Positions 57,034-64,000 of a stretch of DNA of 64,000 bases are shown piece by piece; the stretch's first letter is position 1; every line of letters starts with the position of its first letter. The stretch is from positions 11,657 through 75,656 of the forward strand of contig CACJMB010000005.1 of the NCBI GenBank assembly GCA_902594405.1, written 5' to 3'. Source of the stretch: an uncultured Pelagibacteraceae bacterium (GTDB lineage Bacteria; Pseudomonadota; Alphaproteobacteria; Pelagibacterales; Pelagibacteraceae). The notes beneath the pieces are model-generated. The model saw nothing but the letters and a program-made list of their open reading frames with translations, had not been told where the DNA came from and did not search any database. Made by a program: the position numbers and the translations under genes.

Positions 57034-59691
57034 ACCCTTAAGCTTTTCAAAAGCTTCTTCAATTTTTGACTGGTCTTGTCCACCAGCTTGGGCAAAGTCT
57101 TTTCTTCCACCACCACCTTTACCACCAATTATTTCAGATCCAACTTTTACAAATTTAACTGCATCAAATTTGTTTGTTAATTTATCTGTTACTCCAACAG
57201 CTAATCCAACCTTGTCATCTTTATTTGCAAATACAACCACAATACCTTCAACTAAATCTTTTTTGCCTTTATCTACAAGTTTTCTTAATTCTTTTGGAGG
57301 TAATCCATCTATTTTTTGAAGTCTTAACTTAATTCCACCAATTTCTTCATCTTTAATAATATTTTTAGATTTATCCTCTAAAATTGCGTTTACTGAAATA
57401 GTTTCTAATTGTTTATTTAAATTTTTAATTAAAGTTTTTTGATCAGCTTCTTCTAAACTTGGCTTTCCACCAAGTTTTATAATTTGCTGACTTAAATCTT
57501 TAATTGTTTCCTCATCTTTTTCTGCAGATAGGTTTAATAATTTTTCTTTATTTTTTAAATATTCCTCTAATTGTTTATCTCTCAAAGCCTCAATTCTTCT
57601 AACCCCTGCAGCAATTGAGGACTGGCTTACAATCTTAAATTTACCAATATCACCAGTGTTTTTAACATGTGTTCCACCACACAACTCTGTTGAAAAATAC
57701 TTTCCATCCTCATCTCCCATTGAAAGAACCCTTACTTCATCTCCGTATTTTTCCCCAAATAATGCTAAAGCACCATTTTCAACTGCCTCATCAGGTGTCA
57801 TTAGTCTAGTTTTTACATCAGATTTTTTTGAAACCATCGTGTTTACAAACTCTTCTATTTTATCAATTTCCTCATTCAAAATAGGTTTCATGTGACTGAA
57901 ATCAAATCTTAATCTACTTGGCTCAACTAATGAGCCTTTTTGAGTAACATGCGTACCAAGAACCCTTCTTAAAGACTCGTGCAATAGATGTGTTGCTGAA
58001 TGATAAGCACGAGTATTATCTCTTCTTTCCACATCAATTTTTAACTCTACATTTTCCTGTAATTTTATAGATCCGCCCTTAACCTTCCCGTAATGAACGA
58101 ACAAATCTCCAAGTTTTTTTTGAACATCGGTTACTTCAAATTTAAAATCATTTGATACTATTTCACCAGTATCACCGACCTGACCTCCAGACTCACCATA
58201 GAAAGGAGTTTGATTTACTATAATCATTCCCTCATCATTTTCTTTTAACTGATCTACTTCTTTGTTATCTTTTAAAAGAGACAACACAACACCTTCAGCT
58301 TGATTGGTTTCATATCCTAAAAATTCAGTTGGCTCAATTTTATCTTTTATTCCAAACCAGATATCTTCAACAGCTGCATCACCAGAACCTTTCCAATTTT
58401 TCTTAGCAAGTTCTCTACTTTCCTTCATCAAAGATTGAAACTTTTCAGTATCAATTGACATAGATTTATTTCTTAAAATATCTTCAGTAAGATCTAATGG
58501 AAAACCATAGGTGTCATATAATTTAAAAGCCACTTCACCTGGCAAAACTTTGTCTATTTTAGATATTTCGTCATTTAAAATTTTTATTCCTCTGTCTAAT
58601 AGAACTAAGAATTTTTCTTCTTCCATTTTTAAAGTTTCTTTAATTAAAGATTCGGCTCTAACTAATTCTGGATAGTTTCCTGACATTTCATTTTTAAGTG
58701 TGTCAAACAAATTATAAAAAACTGGTTCCTTAGATCCAAGTAAATGAGAATGTCTCATCCCTCTTCTCATAATTCTTCTAAGAACATAACCTCTTCCTTC
58801 GTTTGAAGGTAAAACTCCTTCAGCAATTAAAAACGAACTTGCTCTCAAGTGATCAGCTATAACTCTAAAACTTGAAAGATTAGATTTATCCGATTTGACT
58901 TTTACTATTTCAGATGCTGAGTTAATTATCTTTTTAAAATGATCTGTTTCATAATTATCATGAGTACCTTGTAGTAAGGCTGCAATTCTCTCAAGTCCCA
59001 TTCCTGTATCAACAGATGGTTTTGGAAGATTTATTCTTTTATCTTTTGTAACTTGTTCAAATTGCATAAAGACCAAATTCCAAATTTCTATAAATCTATC
59101 TCCGTCTTCATCTTTAGTACCAGGCAATCCACCTGGTAAATGATCACCATGATCAAAGAATATTTCAGAGCACGGCCCACAAGGACCTGTTTCACCCATT
59201 GACCAAAAATTATCTGAAGTTGCTATCCTTATAATTCTATCATCGCTAAAACCCGCTATTTTCTTCCAAAAATTAAAGGCTTCATCGTCTTCATGAAATA
59301 CAGTTACATAAAGTCTGTTTTTATCTATTCCAAAATCTTTTGTAATTAAGTTCCAAGCATAATGAATTGCTTGCTCTTTAAAATAATCACCGAAAGAAAA
59401 GTTTCCTAACATCTCAAAAAAAGTATGGTGTCTTGGTGTGTAACCAACATTCTCTAAATCGTTATGCTTACCACCTGCCCTTACACATTTTTGTGATGTG
59501 GTTGCTCTTACGTAATCTCTTTTTTCTAATCCAGTAAATACATTCTTAAACTGAACCATTCCAGAGTTGGCAAACATTAATGTAGGATCATTGTTTGGAA
59601 CCAAATTACTAGATTCCACAATCTTATGATCATTCTTTTCAAAATACTTTAAGAATGTATTCCTTATCTCATTGAGTGTTTTGTCTGCCAT
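57025..59691 (-). CDS. alaS: Alanine--tRNA ligase
   Basis: [44 protein letters not shown] and GGKGGG motifs. Confidence 0.98.
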   Translation of the reverse strand: MADKTLNEIRNTFLKYFEKNDHKIVESSNLVPNNDPTLMFANSGMVQFKNVFTGLEKRDYVRATTSQKCVRAGGKHNDLENVGYTPRHHTFFEMLGNFSFGDYFKEQAIHYAWNLITKDFGIDKNRLYVTVFHEDDEAFNFWKKIAGFSDDRIIRIATSDNFWSMGETGPCGPCSEIFFDHGDHLPGGLPGTKDEDGDRFIEIWNLVFMQFEQVTKDKRINLPKPSVDTGMGLERIAALLQGTHDNYETDHFKKIINSASEIVKVKSDKSNLSSFRVIADHLRASSFLIAEGVLPSNEGRGYVLRRIMRRGMRHSHLLGSKEPVFYNLFDTLKNEMSGNYPELVRAESLIKETLKMEEEKFLVLLDRGIKILNDEISKIDKVLPGEVAFKLYDTYGFPLDLTEDILRNKSMSIDTEKFQSLMKESRELAKKNWKGSGDAAVEDIWFGIKDKIEPTEFLGYETNQAEGVVLSLLKDNKEVDQLKENDEGMIIVNQTPFYGESGGQVGDTGEIVSNDFKFEVTDVQKKLGDLFVHYGKVKGGSIKLQENVELKIDVERRDNTRAYHSATHLLHESLRRVLGTHVTQKGSLVEPSRLRFDFSHMKPILNEEIDKIEEFVNTMVSKKSDVKTRLMTPDEAVENGALALFGEKYGDEVRVLSMGDEDGKYFSTELCGGTHVKNTGDIGKFKIVSQSSIAAGVRRIEALRDKQLEEYLKNKEKLLNLSAEKDEETIKDLSQQIIKLGGKPSLEEADQKTLIKNLNKQLETISVNAILEDKSKNIIKDEEIGGIKLRLQKIDGLPPKELRKLVDKGKKDLVEGIVVVFANKDDKVGLAVGVTDKLTNKFDAVKFVKVGSEIIGGKGGGGRKDFAQAGGQDQSKIEEAFEKLKGLV

Positions 59692-59739
59692 ATTTTTAAA
59701 ATACAGCTTTTTTATTCTATGTCTAGATATCGAAGGGAA

Positions 59740-59766
59740 AAAAGGCGCTTAAATTAAGCGCCTTTT
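59740..59766 (-). terminator. Intrinsic terminator downstream of recA
   Basis: AAAAGGCGCTTAA-A-TTAAGCGCCTTTT perfect hairpin; on the minus strand it is followed by a T tract. Confidence 0.88.
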
Positions 59767-59784
59767 ATTAATAAAGATGACCTA

Positions 59785-60939
59785 TTAATTCTTTTTAGAT
59801 GGAGGAGTAGCTTCTGCTTTATCAGCTTCTTCTTTTTCAGCTACTTTCTTTTCTTTTTCCAATTTTTCAGGATCGATTGGATTTCCTTCTATTTTCTTAG
59901 AAATCACACCTGCTTTTTCTCTAATTGCCATTTCAATTTCTGCAGCAACTTTAGGATTTTGAGCTAGATAAGTCTTAGCATTCTCTCTACCTTGACCAAT
60001 TTTCTCACCTTTGTAAGCATACCATGCACCTGATTTTTCAATTATATCTGCTTTAGAACCAAGATCGACTAATTCACCCATCTTGCTAATTCCTCTTCCA
60101 TACATCAAGTCAAATTCAACAACTTTAAATGGAGGTGCTACTTTATTCTTAACTACCTTCACTCTTGTAGAGTTACCAATAATTTCATCTTTATCTTTGA
60201 TGGCACCAATTCTTCTAATATCCATTCTTACAGATGAGTAAAACTTAAGTGCATTACCGCCTGATGTTGTCTCTGGACTTCCAAACATAACTCCAATTTT
60301 CATTCTAATTTGGTTGATGAAAATCATCATTGTATTTGTGTTTGATATTGAACCAGTTAATTTTCTTAAAGCCTGACTCATTAATCTTGATTGAAGACCA
60401 ACATGATGATCTCCCATCTCACCTTCAATTTCAGCTTTAGGAGTTAAAGCTGCAACAGAGTCGATAACAATTACTGAAATAGAGCCTGATTTTACTAGTG
60501 TATCAGCGATTTCTAACGCTTGCTCACCAGTGTCTGGCTGAGAAATTAAAAGTTCTTCAGTATTTACGCCTAATTTTTTTGCATAAACTGGATCTAATGC
60601 ATGTTCTGCATCAACGAATGCACAAATTCCACCAGATTTTTGAGCTTCAGCAACAACTTGTAATGCTAATGTTGTTTTTCCAGATGACTCTGGTCCATAA
60701 ACTTCAATAATTCTTCCTTTTGGTAATCCACCGATACCTAAAGCTAAATCAAGACTTAAAGAACCTGTTGAAACAGACTCGATATCCATTGCTCTCTTTT
60801 CACCAAGCTTCATTACAGAGCCTTTTCCAAAATTATCTGTAATTTGAGCTATCGCAGCGTCTAACGCTTTGTTCTTTTCTTTAACGTCCATTTCTTGATC
60901 TTTAGTAGATTTAACTACTTTTAGGTTATTTTTCGTCAT
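59785..60939 (-). CDS. recA: Recombinase A
   Basis: [22 protein letters not shown] and GGNALKFY motifs. Confidence 0.99.
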   Translation of the reverse strand: MTKNNLKVVKSTKDQEMDVKEKNKALDAAIAQITDNFGKGSVMKLGEKRAMDIESVSTGSLSLDLALGIGGLPKGRIIEVYGPESSGKTTLALQVVAEAQKSGGICAFVDAEHALDPVYAKKLGVNTEELLISQPDTGEQALEIADTLVKSGSISVIVIDSVAALTPKAEIEGEMGDHHVGLQSRLMSQALRKLTGSISNTNTMMIFINQIRMKIGVMFGSPETTSGGNALKFYSSVRMDIRRIGAIKDKDEIIGNSTRVKVVKNKVAPPFKVVEFDLMYGRGISKMGELVDLGSKADIIEKSGAWYAYKGEKIGQGRENAKTYLAQNPKVAAEIEMAIREKAGVISKKIEGNPIDPEKLEKEKKVAEKEEADKAEATPPSKKN

Positions 60940-60988
60940 TTTTTGCCTCTTTTTTTAAATTTTTTAACACTCGAATCATGAAATAAAT

Positions 60989-61003
60989 GTACACATTTTG
61001 TTC
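60989..61003 (-). promoter_or_regulatory. Alphaproteobacterial LexA (SOS) box GAAC-N7-GTAC upstream of recA
   Basis: Plus strand GTAC-ACATTTT-GTTC about 50 nt upstream of the recA start. Confidence 0.7.
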
Positions 61004-61046
61004 TCATTAGCAATATATTTATTTTTTGGCCTTAAAAATCAAATAA

Positions 61047-62339
61047 TTACTTAAGTTTTAGATATTGACTATTAAGCAAGCCTACTGCTTTAAGTAGATT
61101 GTATTGAGCCATTAGATAGTTTTTCTCTGAACTTGCTAAAGAAATTTGAGCAGAAAGTAATAAAGAATTAGATTGGATAACATCTAAAGTTGTTCTCGAA
61201 CCTCTTTCGTATTCTGCAGCTATTCCTTCATTAGCTATTTCAGCTGCATTTACTTGAACCCTAACTGAATTTAAAAAACTTTCAGAAGATTCTAGACTAG
61301 ACCATGCACTTGCAACATTTGTTTCGTTTGATTTAACAGCATCATCCAACAATAATCTTTTTCTAGCAGTTAAATTTGAATTTTTATTGATAGTTGATCT
61401 CTTTTTTCCACCTGAATAAAAAGGCCAACTAATTTCTGCTTTTAAAATATCTTTTTCTCTCTCATCATAAGTAGAACTAAGGTCTTCTGTATAAGATCTT
61501 TCTAAAGATAAAGAAGCAGTTGGTTTTAGATCTGACTCTGAAATTGCTAGTTCTTTCTCCGCTTTAGCTAAATCAAATTTTGCTATTTGAATATCGGGGT
61601 TATTTTGTTTTGAAAGATTAATTGCCTCGTTTAAAGTACTTGGAATACTAACTATCGCATTTGAATTTTTTTGTAATTGATTTGGATCACTGATTTTACC
61701 AATTATATTCTCATAATTAAGTTTGCTGATTAACAAGTCACTTTTTGCTTTAGCAAATTGTGCTTGAGCACCTGCAAGCGATGATTCGGATTGTGCTAAA
61801 TCAGTATTTGTAATTTGACCTCTGTCTCTTCTAATTTTATCATTTTCAACTTGTCTAATTAAAAGATTTAAATTTTTAGCGTTAATATCTAGCGTTTCTC
61901 TAGCAAGAATTAAGTTTGTAAATGCATCAATTGCTTTATGTAAAATATCTTGTTCTTTTTTAAATAACTGAGCTTTTGCTAAATCTAAAGCAGTAATATT
62001 TTTTTGAAGTGCAAGATCTCTACCAAAATCTAACAATGTTTGTTCTAATTTAATTGAAGTGGTTAATGGATCTACATCAGTTACACTTGCATCACCTCCA
62101 CTTTGATTAGTTAATTTATTAGTATCTTCAAAACTTTTGGATCCTTTTAAAGTTAAAGAAGGTTTGTAATCTGCTTTTGCAATATTCACATCTTCTTCTG
62201 ATACTTTAATATTTTCTCTTTCAGCATTTAATTGAATATTGTTTTTGTAAGTTTGATTTAATGCATCAAGAAGCGTAACTGCAAAAGCATTACTAAAATA
62301 TAATATTGATGCAATAACTATTATAAATATTTTTTTCAT
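61047..62339 (-). CDS. tolC: TolC-family outer membrane protein
   Basis: Signal peptide, two OEP repeats and the GSRTTLDVIQS motif. Confidence 0.9.
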   Translation of the reverse strand: MKKIFIIVIASILYFSNAFAVTLLDALNQTYKNNIQLNAERENIKVSEEDVNIAKADYKPSLTLKGSKSFEDTNKLTNQSGGDASVTDVDPLTTSIKLEQTLLDFGRDLALQKNITALDLAKAQLFKKEQDILHKAIDAFTNLILARETLDINAKNLNLLIRQVENDKIRRDRGQITNTDLAQSESSLAGAQAQFAKAKSDLLISKLNYENIIGKISDPNQLQKNSNAIVSIPSTLNEAINLSKQNNPDIQIAKFDLAKAEKELAISESDLKPTASLSLERSYTEDLSSTYDEREKDILKAEISWPFYSGGKKRSTINKNSNLTARKRLLLDDAVKSNETNVASAWSSLESSESFLNSVRVQVNAAEIANEGIAAEYERGSRTTLDVIQSNSLLLSAQISLASSEKNYLMAQYNLLKAVGLLNSQYLKLK

Positions 62340-63265
62340 TTCGATTTATATACAGCAGTTTTAATTTGATGTTTACTGTTTAAATTTAAAATTATAGATG
62401 CATATTTAGGCATATTTTTGAACATGTTTTGAGTAATTCTTTGGTAAGTTTGCATAAAATTAATTACATCCCCTTTACTCATTATTTTATGACCGCCCTT
62501 TTTCTTTGTTTTTAACCATAATTTATGTTCCTGCTTTAATCTCCACTTTTGTAATAAACTAAAGTTTTTTGCTTTTAAGTAAATCATACAATTTAACTTA
62601 GAATATAGCTTTTTATATTTAGTCTTTAATTGTTGATTAACATATTTTCTCCAAACCAGTTTATGATCATTGGCCTTTTCCATAGAATTTATAGATTTTT
62701 TCAATGTCTTGTTTGCTTCAGCTCTTGCTCCAACACACCATCCCTCAAAAATAATTACATCTGGTCTTTTGTTAATTGTGTTCCATTTATTTTTAGGAAA
62801 TCTGTCGTCTATAGCTTTATTAAAATTCGGTAATTTTAATTTATTGAATTTTTTTGCTTTAGATTTTTTAAAGAAATCTAGCATCATATTGATGTCATGA
62901 GTTCCGGGAACCCCCCTAGTAAGCAACATTGGATGTATTTTTTTTGATAAAGCTACTCTTTCTTTTCTGGTTTTATAAAAATCATCAATAGAAATCTTAA
63001 ATACTTTTAATTTAAAATATTTTTCTAATATTATCTTTATTATTGAACTTATTGTTGTTTTGCCTGTTCCTTGTCCTCCAGCTAAACCAACAAAGTAAGG
63101 TTTTTTGTTATCTGCTTTTTTTGCAATCCAAAAACATATTGGGATTAAAAAATTCTTAATCATCCCCTCTTTATTTCCAAACTTTTCAGTTGAGGTTTCT
63201 TGTAATTTAATAAACTTAAAACAATCTTTTTTAACTTTCTTAAAACACTCTTCAGCTAATTTCAT
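62336..63265 (-). CDS. P-loop kinase, D-glycerate 3-kinase (GLYK/COG4240)-like
   Basis: GLAGGQGTGKTT, SIDDFY, RGVPGTHD and FEGWCVG motifs. The ATG at 63265 was preferred because it avoids overlap with the upstream gene. Confidence 0.75.
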   Translation of the reverse strand: MKLAEECFKKVKKDCFKFIKLQETSTEKFGNKEGMIKNFLIPICFWIAKKADNKKPYFVGLAGGQGTGKTTISSIIKIILEKYFKLKVFKISIDDFYKTRKERVALSKKIHPMLLTRGVPGTHDINMMLDFFKKSKAKKFNKLKLPNFNKAIDDRFPKNKWNTINKRPDVIIFEGWCVGARAEANKTLKKSINSMEKANDHKLVWRKYVNQQLKTKYKKLYSKLNCMIYLKAKNFSLLQKWRLKQEHKLWLKTKKKGGHKIMSKGDVINFMQTYQRITQNMFKNMPKYASIILNLNSKHQIKTAVYKSK

Positions 63266-63272
63266 TAAACTT

Positions 63273-63638
63273 TTATTTTTCTTGATCCATTGGATGGTTA
63301 AGACCATCAAAGAAAGCTACTTCTTTTAAATCCTCTACTTTAACTTCATCTACGCATCCTAAATTAAAACCAGTCATAGATGGTGCACTTCTTGGATTGT
63401 GATGAGTGTAAATCCCACATTCAGTACAAAAGTAATGGTTAGCAACTTTAGTATGATACTGATAAAGTTTTAATTTATCTTGTCCTTTGGTAACTTTAAA
63501 ATCTTCATTTTTAACCATACCCATTGTTGCATTTTTTCTTTTACAAATAGAGCAATTACATCTTACAATTTTTGCTAATTCGTTAACTGTAGCATTAATT
63601 TCTGCTTCAACCGCTCCACAATGACAATTTAATTTCAT
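63273..63638 (-). CDS. GFA (glutathione-dependent formaldehyde-activating)-family protein
   Basis: CHCGAV, CNCSIC and HYFCTECG Zn motifs. Confidence 0.9.
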   Translation of the reverse strand: MKLNCHCGAVEAEINATVNELAKIVRCNCSICKRKNATMGMVKNEDFKVTKGQDKLKLYQYHTKVANHYFCTECGIYTHHNPRSAPSMTGFNLGCVDEVKVEDLKEVAFFDGLNHPMDQEK

Positions 63639-63650
63639 ATATCTCCTTTT

Positions 63651-64000
63651 TTATTTTAAAATACTTTTTGCTGCAATCTTATTTCCATCTAAATCACGAA
63701 TATATCCATAATAATTTCCATCTTTTCTAACTCCTGGAGCTCCCTCGTCAGTAGCTCCTTTTGAAATTGCAATCTCATAAAACTTTTCTACTGCTTCTTT
63801 GTTATCTGCTAATAAAGTTATTTGTGTTCCGTTGCCAAACGTTGCGTCTTTTCCATTTACAGGATGTGTTACGTAAAATTGAACTTTCTCTGGATCACTT
63901 GAATGAGCGTAACCAAGATATTTTTGTGTTTTCAAAATTCTTTTTAATTTCAAAGGTTCAAAGACGGCATCATAAAAATCACCTGATTTTTCATGATCAT
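63651..64000 (-). CDS. VOC/glyoxalase-family protein (start lies beyond the window edge)
   Basis: The frame is open to the window end; GNGTQITL, GATDEGAPG and YIRDLDGNKIAA motifs. Confidence 0.85.
   Translation of the reverse strand, partial: DHEKSGDFYDAVFEPLKLKRILKTQKYLGYAHSSDPEKVQFYVTHPVNGKDATFGNGTQITLLADNKEAVEKFYEIAISKGATDEGAPGVRKDGNYYGYIRDLDGNKIAAKSILK

Noticed and set aside
335-63329. Numerous 60-125 aa ORFs antisense to or nested in long genes
   Set aside because: They are shadow ORFs of well-supported genes with no recognisable motifs.
1-64000. tRNA/rRNA genes or prophage
   Set aside because: No intergenic space shows cloverleaf or rRNA signatures, and there are no phage structural or replication genes.

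Overview
AT-rich, densely packed alphaproteobacterial chromosome segment with very short intergenic spaces. Gene content and a tandem glycine riboswitch before gcvT-H-P point to Candidatus Pelagibacter/SAR11 (inference). Most of the window is core metabolism: cvpA-purF, gshAB, moeA-mobA, an NAD-linked formate dehydrogenase cluster, selO, glycine cleavage, pxpABC, panB, gloA, guaAB, rlmE, psd-pssA, icd, alaS, recA and tolC. The standout is a ~4 kb accessory block at 14851-18883. It is bracketed by a 63-bp duplication of the 5' end of a small gene and subdivided by three copies of a 37-bp repeat. One repeat precedes a putative nuclease/glycine-zipper cassette, one precedes a Tat-signal SDR + TetR cassette, and one precedes the restored target gene. 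No integrase is present, so this looks like an integron-like or serially accreted cassette array. Other notable items are a creatinase-amidinotransferase-threonine aldolase operon, a candidate furan fatty acid cluster directly downstream of gcvP, and a visible 12-nt anti-RBS pairing in the glycine riboswitch. No rRNA, tRNA or CRISPR array was seen. All calls come from reading motifs by eye; no database searches were run.
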